64,000 nucleotides of DNA from Candidatus Zixiibacteriota bacterium (GTDB lineage: Bacteria; Zixibacteria; MSB-5A5; UBA10806; 4484-95). The position numbers and the translations under genes were made by a program. Of this stretch, positions 29,326-38,905 are shown one piece after another; the stretch's first letter is position 1, and each line of letters begins with the position of its first letter. The stretch is taken from the NCBI GenBank assembly GCA_037441845.1, contig JBBIRK010000004.1, forward strand, positions 32,001 to 96,000. Direction: 5' to 3'. Under the pieces are notes generated by a model that worked only from the letters and a program-made list of their open reading frames with translations, was not told the origin of the DNA and searched no databases.

Positions 29326-29327
29326 AT

Positions 29328-30662
29328 ATGAATTATTTTCCAAATTCCGATGCCGAACTGGCCAGTATGTTGAAAAGCATCAGTATCGACGATTTTGAGG
29401 AATTGCTGAAAGACATTCCCGCCGGTCTTCGCTACAGGCAGCCTCTTAATCTGCCGGATCCTTTGTCGGAACCGGAGCTGGTCAGCCATATGGCTGCTTT
29501 GGCCGGCAAGAATATTAAATTCCGCGCTTGTTTCGCCGGCGGTGGGGCATATGATCATTACATTCCGGCCGCGATCTGGAAATTGGTGAGCCGTTCCGAG
29601 TTCATAACGGCATATACGCCGTATCAGGCGGAGGTATCCCAGGGGACATTGCAAGCGGCTTACGAGTTTCAATCGATGATAAGCCAGCTCACGGGATTGC
29701 CGGTTACCAACGCCTCGATGTATGATTGTGCATCGGCGATTGCCGAGGCCGCACTGCTTGCGGCTCGCCATACCGGGAAAAACCAGATTCTAATCTCGGC
29801 GACGACCAATCCTCATTATGTGGATACCGTAAGAACTTATCTTTCGGGCACCGGTTTGCGGATAGTCGTGGTTCCCATGGCCGATGGCTTGACCGATAAT
29901 TCGCAGCTTTTGGCCAAGATCGGCGGCGATACCGCCGCAGTGATCATCCAAAGTCCTAATTTTCTCGGTTTGATCGAAAATATCGACGAGATTTCTATGG
30001 ATATAAAGCGTATCGGCGGTTTGCTGATAATGGTATATGATCCGATATCCCTCGGGATACTCAAATCGCCGGCGGATTACGGGGCGGATATCGCTTGTGG
30101 CGAGGGTCAGCCGCTCGGCTTGCCGCTCGCATTCGGCGGACCCTATCTCGGCTTGTTTTCGGTGAAGTCCGATCTGGTGAGAAAAATGCCGGGACGACTC
30201 GTATCCCGAACCGTGGATAATAACGGTCGGCCCGGTTTCGTGCTGACGCTTCAAACCCGGGAACAGCATATCCGTCGGGAAAAGGCGACATCGAACATCT
30301 GCACCAATCAGCAGCTTTGCGCGCTTGCCGCAACCATATATCTTGCCCTGATGGGTAAGTCCGGAATCAAGCATGCGGCGGAATTGTGCTTGGCGAAAGC
30401 TCATTTTGCCGCCGAAAAATTAAGCCAGATCCCGGGATTCCGATTGCGATTCACAGCTCCTTATTTCAAGGAATTCGTGCTCCAAACTCCGGTTCCGCCC
30501 AAGAGGATAATAGAGCAATTGATGAAGCGAAACATACTTGCCGGAATCGATTTGGGCGGGTTCAAAATCGGATTGAAGGGATGTCTGCTGGTGGCGGTGA
30601 CGGAAAAAGTTACCTACGAACAGATAGACGAATTTGCTTTCTGGCTGGGGAGAGTCAAATAG
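29328..30662 (+). CDS. gcvPA: Glycine dehydrogenase subunit 1
   Basis: YTPYQAEVSQG.LQ, NASMYD, LQTREQHIRREKATSNICTNQ. Confidence 0.96.
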   Translation: MNYFPNSDAELASMLKSISIDDFEELLKDIPAGLRYRQPLNLPDPLSEPELVSHMAALAGKNIKFRACFAGGGAYDHYIPAAIWKLVSRSEFITAYTPYQAEVSQGTLQAAYEFQSMISQLTGLPVTNASMYDCASAIAEAALLAARHTGKNQILISATTNPHYVDTVRTYLSGTGLRIVVVPMADGLTDNSQLLAKIGGDTAAVIIQSPNFLGLIENIDEISMDIKRIGGLLIMVYDPISLGILKSPADYGADIACGEGQPLGLPLAFGGPYLGLFSVKSDLVRKMPGRLVSRTVDNNGRPGFVLTLQTREQHIRREKATSNICTNQQLCALAATIYLALMGKSGIKHAAELCLAKAHFAAEKLSQIPGFRLRFTAPYFKEFVLQTPVPPKRIIEQLMKRNILAGIDLGGFKIGLKGCLLVAVTEKVTYEQIDEFAFWLGRVK

Positions 30663-31022
30663 TTGAAAATCTGCCCCAAATGCGGAAATGAATACAGCGG
30701 ACCGGAGTCGATTTGTCCCCGGTGTCAGCTGACGACGGACGAACAAGCGGATTTTGTCGAGGAGGATTACGCCGATAGCGGTCCCGCGCTTCTGTGCAAA
30801 ACCGGCGATATGGCGGGAGCTGAATTGTTGGCGGAAACGCTTCGGCAAGAAGGAATACCGGCGGTGCTCAATCCGGGAGTGCTCGAATTCAGGATGATGC
30901 CGCTCGAATACGGTCAGAAAGGAATAAGAATATATGTGCCTCGGGCGGCCATGGAGAAAGCGCGTGAACTGGGCCGCTTGATTCTTGCCGATTATTCGGA
31001 GGCGAAAGAGACTGATGAATAG
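30663..31022 (+). CDS. Zinc-ribbon plus DUF2007-like protein
   Basis: CPKC...CPRC, AELL...L..EGIP, IYVP. Confidence 0.7.
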   Translation: MKICPKCGNEYSGPESICPRCQLTTDEQADFVEEDYADSGPALLCKTGDMAGAELLAETLRQEGIPAVLNPGVLEFRMMPLEYGQKGIRIYVPRAAMEKARELGRLILADYSEAKETDE

Positions 31023-31893
31023 ATCGTCGTTTTATGTTTTGGTAATTTTTCTTGGTTCGGTCTGCTTTTGGGGTTGTGCGAAGAAACAGGTTGTTCCAAA
31101 AGAAATATCCTTTCAGAACGATTTGCGGACGGCGCTAAATCTATCGGCCGAGAAACGTTCACCGGTTTTGGCGTTTTTTTACAGGCCCGATTGCCCATGG
31201 TCGAGGATGATGGATGATTCGACCTTTACCAACAAGATAGTGATCGGGATGTCCGCCAACATGATTTTTGCGCGGATCGATATCAGCCAGGATTCGGTTA
31301 CGACCCGGCGATATGGAATAGCCTTTTACCCCACGACCATAGTTTTCAAACATACCGGAGAGGAGATCGACAGACTCGTAGGCTATTATCCTCCGGCCGA
31401 CTTTTTCAACGAGGTTCAATTGTTCCTGCAAGGACGCGAGACTTTGGGTGACTACCTGGTGAGATTGGCCGATGAACCGGACAACGTCGATTATATGATG
31501 GCGATCGGCGAGAAATACCGCAATAAGTCCGAATTCGTGGAAGCATTGAAATACTATGGGATGGTGCTCAATTCGAGCCAGGCCGATTCCGCGGATCATT
31601 ATATACCGGCGATGTTCGAGATAGGTACGCTTTATGGCGAGATGCTTGACACCGTAAAATCGTTCGAATACTTCAACAAGTTCTTGTCAATGAGCCGCGA
31701 CACATTGAAAATACAGGATGTCAGCCGGCGGATAGGTTATTATCGTGCCGGAAGCGGCAATAAAGACGGCGCTATCGCTCAATACAAGAAATATCTTAAA
31801 GATTTTCCCGGCGGCGTCTATACGGCTTGGGTCCGGGAGCGAATAGAGGAATTGAGAATCGCCCAGGAAGGGAGTATGCAGGTTGTACGATAA
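31015..31893 (+). CDS. Thioredoxin-fold plus TPR lipoprotein
   Basis: Lipobox FWGC; CPWS motif, YPT cis-Pro region, GEEIDRLVGY; C-terminal TPRs. Confidence 0.8.
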   Translation: MNRSSFYVLVIFLGSVCFWGCAKKQVVPKEISFQNDLRTALNLSAEKRSPVLAFFYRPDCPWSRMMDDSTFTNKIVIGMSANMIFARIDISQDSVTTRRYGIAFYPTTIVFKHTGEEIDRLVGYYPPADFFNEVQLFLQGRETLGDYLVRLADEPDNVDYMMAIGEKYRNKSEFVEALKYYGMVLNSSQADSADHYIPAMFEIGTLYGEMLDTVKSFEYFNKFLSMSRDTLKIQDVSRRIGYYRAGSGNKDGAIAQYKKYLKDFPGGVYTAWVRERIEELRIAQEGSMQVVR

Positions 31894-33340
31894 ATTATTG
31901 AATGAGATTTCACGGCCGGGCAAAATCGGCTATTCGCTGCCTCCATTGCCGGAGGGTTTCAGGGGAGCCGGTTCCATCCTGCCGAAACATTGTCTTCGAC
32001 AAGAAGAACCTGTCCTGCCGGAGCTTTCGGAGCCGGAGGTAGTGCGCCACTTCGTGGCTCTCTCGACGAAAAATCATCATATCGATAAGGGCATGTACCC
32101 GCTGGGCTCCTGCACTATGAAATATAATCCGAAAGTGAACGATGACATGGCCGCTCTGCCGGAGTTCGCCTCGGCGCATCCACACAGCCCGGCCGAGGCG
32201 GTGCAGGGGACGCTTGAACTGATGTATCACATGCAGGAAATGCTTGCCGCCATCTCGGGGATGGATCAGGTTACGCTGCAACCGGCGGCCGGCGCTCATG
32301 GCGAATTCACCGCGTTGCTGCTGATGCGGGCGTATCATATCAAGAACGGGCGGTTGAGAAAAAACATCATCATTCCCGATTCCGCCCACGGCACGAATCC
32401 GGCGTCGGTGGCGTTGGCCGGATTCAACACCATCTCGATTCCTTCCAATCAACACGGCCGAGTGGATATAGATAAGCTTGCCGCCGCCTGCGATCAGGAT
32501 ACGGCTGGTTTCATGCTGACCAACCCGAATACACTCGGGCTGTTCGAGTGTGAAGTGGAAAAGATCGCCGCGATCGTGCACGAATGTGGGGGGTTGCTTT
32601 ATATGGATGGCGCGAATCTGAATGCGCTTCTCGGATTGGTGCGGCCCGGCGATATGGGATTCGATGTGGTGCATTTTAATTTGCACAAGACATTTTCGAC
32701 TCCCCATGGCGGAGGCGGACCTGGAGGCGGCGCGCTCGGCGTCAAGTCGTCGCTCGAGCCGTTTCTTCCGGTTCCGATCATCACTCGGAAAACCGATAAG
32801 GCCGGCAATCGGAAATATGTTCTCGATTACAATCGTCCGGATACGATAGGAAGAGTGCATGGTTTCTACGGCAACGTCTCCTCGACCATAAGGGGCTATT
32901 CCTATATCCGTCAGAACGGCGCCGCCGGATTGTCGCGGATTTCCCGAGCCGCCATAATCAATGCCAACTACTTGAAGGAAAACCTCAAAGACACTTACAC
33001 GTTGCCGTACGATTTTCCCTGCATGCACGAATTCGTCCTTTCCGGCGACAGGCAGTTAAGTCACGGGGTCAAGACGCTCGACCTGGCCAAGCGTCTGCTC
33101 GATTATGGAATTCACGCTCCTACGGTATATTTCCCACTCATCGTGCACGAGGCGATGATGATCGAACCGACCGAGAGCGAAAGCCGTCAATCGCTCGATT
33201 ATTTTATCGAGGTCATGAAAAAGATCGCCGCGGAGGCCGAACAAAATCCCGAATTATTGAAAAAGGCGCCGCATAATACGCCTGTCGGCAGGCTCGACGA
33301 GGCCCTGGCGGCCAAGAATCTCGATATCGGCTGGAAATGA
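31883..33340 (+). CDS. gcvPB: Glycine dehydrogenase subunit 2
   Basis: PLGSCTMKYNP, SAHGTNPAS, NLHKTFSTPHGGGGPG, EPTESES. Confidence 0.96.
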   Translation: MYDKLLNEISRPGKIGYSLPPLPEGFRGAGSILPKHCLRQEEPVLPELSEPEVVRHFVALSTKNHHIDKGMYPLGSCTMKYNPKVNDDMAALPEFASAHPHSPAEAVQGTLELMYHMQEMLAAISGMDQVTLQPAAGAHGEFTALLLMRAYHIKNGRLRKNIIIPDSAHGTNPASVALAGFNTISIPSNQHGRVDIDKLAAACDQDTAGFMLTNPNTLGLFECEVEKIAAIVHECGGLLYMDGANLNALLGLVRPGDMGFDVVHFNLHKTFSTPHGGGGPGGGALGVKSSLEPFLPVPIITRKTDKAGNRKYVLDYNRPDTIGRVHGFYGNVSSTIRGYSYIRQNGAAGLSRISRAAIINANYLKENLKDTYTLPYDFPCMHEFVLSGDRQLSHGVKTLDLAKRLLDYGIHAPTVYFPLIVHEAMMIEPTESESRQSLDYFIEVMKKIAAEAEQNPELLKKAPHNTPVGRLDEALAAKNLDIGWK

Positions 33341-33384
33341 CGGGTGGCCGGCAAGCCCGGCATTAATGTCGCCGTAGCGAGTTT

Positions 33385-34845
33385 ATGTATCCCCTATTTT
33401 CCCTGCGGAATGTAAGTCTTTTTTATAAAAGACCCGAGGGCGTCTCGAAAGTTGCTCTGTCTCACTTGAATCTGGATATATTTCAGAACGAGACCCTGCT
33501 TATAGCCGGCCCCAACGGATGCGGCAAGTCGAGTCTGGCGAGGTTGCTTGCCGGGTTGGCGGATCATTTCGAGGGCACACTTATATATAAAGGCGCCGAA
33601 ATAAAATGCTACTCGCGCCGGTGTTTCGATGATGTCGCCTTGACTATACAGGAACCGCAGAATCAAATTCTGATGTCGACCGTTTACGAAGAGCTTTCGT
33701 TCCCTCTCGAAATGAGAGGTTATGCTAAAAAAGATATTGCCGGAAAAATCAATGAAGCCGCTTCTCTGTTCGGGATCGAACGATTGCTTCATACCAAGAC
33801 CGACAGACTATCGGGCGGGCAGGTATCGATTGTGGCGATGGCCGCCGCCGCAATTGCCGATCCGCCGGTCATCATATTCGATGAGCCGGACTCGCATTAC
33901 GATTTCCAAGCCAGAAGCGCGTTCGAAAGATATTTGGTTTCGATAAGAGGGAAGAAGACCGTAATCGTCATTACGCAATACCCGGACAGCATGATCGCCG
34001 CCGATCGAATGGCGATAATGAAATCGGGCAAAATCGTGGCCGTCGGTGAGCCTGCACGGCTGCTTGCCAACAAAGAATTACTGCATGAATGCTCGCTTTA
34101 CTGCGATGATCACCAAAACGTTCGCGGCGGAGGAGCGGTGAAATCGCAGGCAAACGAGAAACAGCCGTTGCTTTCGCTTTCCGGTGTGGGCTACATTCAT
34201 AAATCCGGTGATTTTGCGCTTGAGGATATCGGATTCGACATATTCGAGGGCGATAAAGTAGGGATCGTCGGTCCTATCGGTTCCGGCAAGACCACGCTCG
34301 GACTGCTGATCGCAGGGGTTTACAAACCGGATTCAGGCGCTATTTTGCTGGATAATCGGCCGATGAGTGCTTATGAACCTAAATCATTGCGGCGGATGGT
34401 GACGATGGCTTTGCAGTTTCCGGAAAAAGCGCTGATAGAGTATACCGTTCGCGGGGATATCCTTTTCGGGCCGAAACAGCTGGGCATTGAAAATCCCGAT
34501 AAAATCGCGGAGGCAATGCTCGAATTATTCGCCATTGAAGAGCTGGACGATAAAAATCCTCTCGAGTTGTCAGGCGGGCAGAAACGCAAAACCGCGTTGG
34601 CCGGCATTTTTGCGCTAAAGAGCAGATTGGTTGTTCTCGATGAACCGACGGCATCGCTGGACCCGGAATCGGTAAATGAATTGGTCCAGGTGATCGCGGC
34701 TAAGCCGCAAACCGCTTTTGTGATTATAGGCCATGATCTGCGGTTTTTGGTCAGGGTGTGCGACCGCATAATTGGAATCGAAAACGGCAGGTTGGCATTC
34801 GACGTTTCGAAATTCGAGTTTATCCAAAAATATCGATTGATTTGA
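33385..34845 (+). CDS. ECF-transporter-type duplicated ABC ATPase (EcfA-EcfA' fusion)
   Basis: Two Walker A motifs (GPNGCGKS, GPIGSGKT), Q.P..Q, two LSGGQ and two DEP motifs. Confidence 0.85.
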   Translation: MYPLFSLRNVSLFYKRPEGVSKVALSHLNLDIFQNETLLIAGPNGCGKSSLARLLAGLADHFEGTLIYKGAEIKCYSRRCFDDVALTIQEPQNQILMSTVYEELSFPLEMRGYAKKDIAGKINEAASLFGIERLLHTKTDRLSGGQVSIVAMAAAAIADPPVIIFDEPDSHYDFQARSAFERYLVSIRGKKTVIVITQYPDSMIAADRMAIMKSGKIVAVGEPARLLANKELLHECSLYCDDHQNVRGGGAVKSQANEKQPLLSLSGVGYIHKSGDFALEDIGFDIFEGDKVGIVGPIGSGKTTLGLLIAGVYKPDSGAILLDNRPMSAYEPKSLRRMVTMALQFPEKALIEYTVRGDILFGPKQLGIENPDKIAEAMLELFAIEELDDKNPLELSGGQKRKTALAGIFALKSRLVVLDEPTASLDPESVNELVQVIAAKPQTAFVIIGHDLRFLVRVCDRIIGIENGRLAFDVSKFEFIQKYRLI

Positions 34846-34854
34846 AGAAAATGA

Positions 34855-34883
34855 TTGACAATAAGGCGGTAGTTGGATATAAG
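34855..34883 (+). promoter_or_regulatory. Sigma-70 promoter of the pyr operon
   Basis: TTGACA-17 nt-TATAAG. Confidence 0.6.
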
Positions 34884-34923
34884 TAATTTTTAAGATGTTA
34901 GCGAGTTCGGTTATAATGTTTGC

Positions 34924-34945
34924 GCCCCGAACGGGGCTTTTTTTT
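34924..34945 (+). terminator. Attenuator-type terminator in the pyr leader
   Basis: GCCCC-GAAC-GGGGC followed by T8, ending 4 nt before the pyrR ATG. Confidence 0.7.
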
Positions 34946-34949
34946 GAAA

Positions 34950-35498
34950 ATGCCTGATACGCAGATTATGGACGGCCAGGGGATTTCCCGGTCGATCGAC
35001 CGTATGGCTCACGAAATCCTCGAGCATAATCGGGGCCCGCGGGATATGGTTATCGTGGGTATCCGCACCCGGGGAGCCATAATCGCCGAGCGACTTGCCC
35101 GATCAATCGAAAGATTTGAGAAGCTGGCATTGCCGGTCGGGGCGATCGATATTACGTTCCATCGAGATGACATTCAGGGAAAACTCGAACAGCCTATCGT
35201 GCAGAAGACGGACCTGCTTTTTTCCATAGACGATAAGATCGTCATACTCGTTGATGACGTCCTCTATACCGGCCGCACCGTGCGCGCCGCTTTGAACGAG
35301 CTGTCCGACTATGGACGTCCTCGTTGTATCCGGCTGGCGGTGCTGGTTGATCGCGGCCATCGCGAATTACCGATCCGCGCCGACTATGTGGGGATCGAGC
35401 TGCAGACCTATCGCGATGAGTTGGTAATCGTGAATCTTATCGAACAAGACGGTTCCGACAGCGTTATTCTGCGGCAGAAATCGGAGGCCCCGCGGTGA
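34950..35498 (+). CDS. pyrR: PyrR bifunctional regulator/uracil phosphoribosyltransferase
   Basis: RMAHEILE, GIRTRG, LVDDVLYTGRTVRAA, DRGHRELPIRADYVG. Confidence 0.95.
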   Translation: MPDTQIMDGQGISRSIDRMAHEILEHNRGPRDMVIVGIRTRGAIIAERLARSIERFEKLALPVGAIDITFHRDDIQGKLEQPIVQKTDLLFSIDDKIVILVDDVLYTGRTVRAALNELSDYGRPRCIRLAVLVDRGHRELPIRADYVGIELQTYRDELVIVNLIEQDGSDSVILRQKSEAPR

Positions 35499-36427
35499 GG
35501 CTTCGGTCACCTCATCTGCTCGGGCTTGAAGGAGTATCCGCTGGCGAAATAAATCTTTTCCTTGACACCGCGGTAACGCTTCGGGAAATCCTCAACCGCC
35601 CGATCAAGAAAGTCCCCACTTTAAGACATATAACCGTATTGAATCTTTTCTTTGAACCCTCGACCCGTACCCGCATCTCTTTCGAACTCGCGGAGAAAAG
35701 GCTTTCCGCGGATCTGATCAGCTTTTCGGCCGCGACTTCCTCCGTCACCAAGGGCGAGACCTTACTCGATACGATCTGGAATATAGAAGCGATGAAAATC
35801 GATATGGTGGTCATCCGGCACCAGGTGGCCGGCACGCCTCATTTTCTTGCGCGTAATTGCGATTCGAGAATCATCAACGCCGGCGACGGTCAACACGAGC
35901 ACCCCACGCAGGGGCTGCTCGATATCATGACGATCCGCGACCATTTCGGAAAAATCGAAGGACTCAGGGTATGTATAGTCGGAGACATCAAACATTCTCG
36001 GGTGGCTCGATCCAATATCTGGGGACTGAAGACCCTGGGTGCCAGCGTGGCCGTTTGCGGTCCGACCACGTTATTGCCGGCTGAAATCGAAAAGATGGGG
36101 GTTGAGGTTTTCACCAAAATCGAAGCCGCTCTCGAGGGCGCCGATGTCGTCAACGTGCTGCGCCTGCAGAAGGAGCGGCAAACATCGGGGCTGCTGCCTT
36201 CTCTGCGAGAATACAGCCGACGGTTCGGAATCACCACAGAGAGGTTGAAGTATCTGAATAAGGGATTCATGATAATGCATCCCGGTCCGATGAATCGCGG
36301 CGTGGAAATTTCGTCGGAGGTGGCCGATGGACCTTATTCGGTGATATTGTCTCAGGTCACCAACGGAGTGGCGATCCGCATGGCGGTGCTGTATCTGCTG
36401 GGAGGAGGTGCGGGTAAAATTGAGTGA
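35495..36427 (+). CDS. pyrB: Aspartate carbamoyltransferase catalytic subunit
   Basis: FFEPSTRTR.SFE, NAGDG.HEHPTQ.LLD, MHPGPMNRGVEI. Confidence 0.97.
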   Translation: MRLRSPHLLGLEGVSAGEINLFLDTAVTLREILNRPIKKVPTLRHITVLNLFFEPSTRTRISFELAEKRLSADLISFSAATSSVTKGETLLDTIWNIEAMKIDMVVIRHQVAGTPHFLARNCDSRIINAGDGQHEHPTQGLLDIMTIRDHFGKIEGLRVCIVGDIKHSRVARSNIWGLKTLGASVAVCGPTTLLPAEIEKMGVEVFTKIEAALEGADVVNVLRLQKERQTSGLLPSLREYSRRFGITTERLKYLNKGFMIMHPGPMNRGVEISSEVADGPYSVILSQVTNGVAIRMAVLYLLGGGAGKIE

Positions 36428-37691
36428 CTTGATAATAGGCAAGGGGAGGATAATCGACCCGGTCGATGGGTACTTCGGACCAGGGGCGATTGTCGTGGCC
36501 AATGGAACGTTCGTAGAAATTATCAAGGGTGAAAAGCAACCGGATGCCACGATAGACGCCGAAGGACTTATCGTATGCCCGGGATTGATCGACATGCACG
36601 TTCATCTCAGAGAGCCGGGATTCGAGTATAAAGAAACCATTCATTCGGGGGCGCAAGCGGCCGCCGCCGGTGGGTTCACCTCGATCGCCTGTATGCCCAA
36701 CACCGAACCGACGCTGGATAATCAGGAGACTATAAAATTCGTTTACGAGAAGGCAGCCGCGGCGCCGGTGCGGGTTTATCCCGTGGGAGCGGTGACCAGA
36801 GGCAGGCAGGGCCAGCAATTGGCGGAAATGGGGGAGATGCTCGAGGCCGGAGCTGTGGCGTTCAGCGATGACGGCAATGGTATTCAGAATGGAAATATGA
36901 TGCGCCGCGCGCTCGAATACTGCCGCATGCTCGGAGTCAATATATTGTCCCACTGCGAATATGTCGATCTTACCGATAACGGCGTGATGAACGAGGGGTA
37001 TATGTCGACGGTTCTCGGCCTACGGGGATCGCCCAGAATCGCCGAGGAGCTGATGATCGCCCGCGATATAATGTTGGCGGAATATGTGGGCGCATCGGTG
37101 CATATCCAGCATCTGACCACCGCCGGCGGTGTAGAGTTGGTCAGAGACGCCAAGAAAAGGGGTGTTGCGGTAACCGCCGAAACCTGCCCGCATTATTTCA
37201 CCATTTACGATGAATATTTGAAATCGTATGATACCAACCTAAAAGTGAATCCACCGATTCGAACCAAAAAAGATATGCTTGCGATCCGCCGGGCATTGGC
37301 ATCGGGCGTGATTGACGTAATCGCCACCGACCATGCGCCGCACGCCTGGGAGGAGAAGGCGCTCGAGTTCGATTTCGCCCCCTCCGGGATAATCGGTCTG
37401 GAGACCGCTGTTGGTTTGATTTCGACCGAGCTTGTCCGCAAGAACCTATTGAATTGGCCGGATGCCGTAAAGAAGTTGACGATCAAGCCTGCGGAGATTT
37501 TGAAAATCCCCGGCGGGAAATTCGAAATCGGCAAGCCTGCGGATATCACTTTGATCGATCCCGAACTCGAGTGGGTTGTCACCGAATCGGATTTCCGATC
37601 GCTTTCCAAAAATTCTCCGTTTACGGGGCGGAGACTTACCGGCCGGACGGTAAAGACGATCGTTTCCGGCGACGTCGTTTTCGAACTTTAG
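36420..37691 (+). CDS. pyrC: Dihydroorotase
   Basis: DMHVHLREPG, MPNT.P, KVNPP.R, IATDHAPH. Confidence 0.95.
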   Translation: MSDLIIGKGRIIDPVDGYFGPGAIVVANGTFVEIIKGEKQPDATIDAEGLIVCPGLIDMHVHLREPGFEYKETIHSGAQAAAAGGFTSIACMPNTEPTLDNQETIKFVYEKAAAAPVRVYPVGAVTRGRQGQQLAEMGEMLEAGAVAFSDDGNGIQNGNMMRRALEYCRMLGVNILSHCEYVDLTDNGVMNEGYMSTVLGLRGSPRIAEELMIARDIMLAEYVGASVHIQHLTTAGGVELVRDAKKRGVAVTAETCPHYFTIYDEYLKSYDTNLKVNPPIRTKKDMLAIRRALASGVIDVIATDHAPHAWEEKALEFDFAPSGIIGLETAVGLISTELVRKNLLNWPDAVKKLTIKPAEILKIPGGKFEIGKPADITLIDPELEWVVTESDFRSLSKNSPFTGRRLTGRTVKTIVSGDVVFEL

Positions 37692-37769
37692 AATTGGTCC
37701 GGATACGACCTGCGGGGTCGGTGAAGTTGGACGTGGGAACGTATCGGCGTAACTTTGATCCGCTAGTGC

Positions 37770-38897
37770 GTGATCGATAATCGCGGTGAAATTGTTATGC
37801 ACATGTTCATAAAATCGATTCTTCACGCCTTGGCAGCGCTGTTGATAATGTCCCTTATCGAATCCCCCGGAATCGTCGACGAGCGAAGCGGTTTGCTGGC
37901 GATGACCGATTTCAGCGCCCATCGGCCGTTCGTCAGCAGGGCGTTGATACCGATTCTGGTTTTGCTGGTCGAGCGTGTTTGTCCTTCGGCGGTTCTTTCC
38001 GCGATGGATAAGGTCACAGACGGCATTGTCAGGACACAAGGCCCGCGAATTTTCGGCAACCTTTATCAAGATAAGATGGAAACAGTCGCGAAGGCCGGGC
38101 GGCGGGTGGCGATTTTCGAGTTGATCAACTGGTTCTGCTTGACCGGTTTCTTGTTCGTTTTGTCTTTGTTGCTGAACGAAGTGTGCGGTTTCAGTTCGAA
38201 GACATCGACTATTTTGCCTATGACGCTGATATTCGTGTTTCCGGCCTACTTAGATTTCGCCAATTATGTTTACGATTTCGCCGTGATATTCTTGTTCAGT
38301 CTCGCTCTATTATTTTTGTATAGACGAAATTGGAGTGGGTATTTGATCGTTTTTACGCTGGCTGTATTTAATAAGGAAACGGCCGTGTTATTGATAGTCG
38401 TCTTCGCCTTATATCATTTTAAGCAAATCAACCGAGCGGCTTTTTATAGGCTGTTGTCGATTCAATTGATTTTATTCTTATCGCACCGGGTGGGGGCGAT
38501 ATTGATATTCGCCGATAATCCAGGACAAACTCTCGAATGGCACTTGCCGGAGAATCTGACTTACCTTGCGCAAGTCGGTAATTATTTACGGTTTGAGCCG
38601 CTCGGCGGTTCGCTGCTGTTTCCGAGGGGTTTGGCGATTCCGTATCCCAAGGGTTTGAATCTGCCCGTGCTTGTGGCGATCGGATATTTGATTTTCGCCG
38701 GATGGAGGCGCTATCCGCTTTTTTTGAAGCGGGCCGCATTGATTTTGCCGATATTGTATGGGACATGTCTGTTTTTCGGTATAATAAGTGAATTACGCTC
38801 GTATTACGAGGAGCTGCCGATTATATTCATGCTTGCTGCCTGCGGCGGACGATACTTGTTTGGCATTGACAGGTCGGTTGAAAAGTCTAATCGGTAG
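37770..38897 (+). CDS. Multi-pass membrane protein, possibly GT-C-like
   Basis: Many hydrophobic segments; YDF...F.......FNKET motif; start uncertain. Confidence 0.55.
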   Translation: MIDNRGEIVMHMFIKSILHALAALLIMSLIESPGIVDERSGLLAMTDFSAHRPFVSRALIPILVLLVERVCPSAVLSAMDKVTDGIVRTQGPRIFGNLYQDKMETVAKAGRRVAIFELINWFCLTGFLFVLSLLLNEVCGFSSKTSTILPMTLIFVFPAYLDFANYVYDFAVIFLFSLALLFLYRRNWSGYLIVFTLAVFNKETAVLLIVVFALYHFKQINRAAFYRLLSIQLILFLSHRVGAILIFADNPGQTLEWHLPENLTYLAQVGNYLRFEPLGGSLLFPRGLAIPYPKGLNLPVLVAIGYLIFAGWRRYPLFLKRAALILPILYGTCLFFGIISELRSYYEELPIIFMLAACGGRYLFGIDRSVEKSNR

Positions 38898-38905
38898 ACT
38901 TAATA

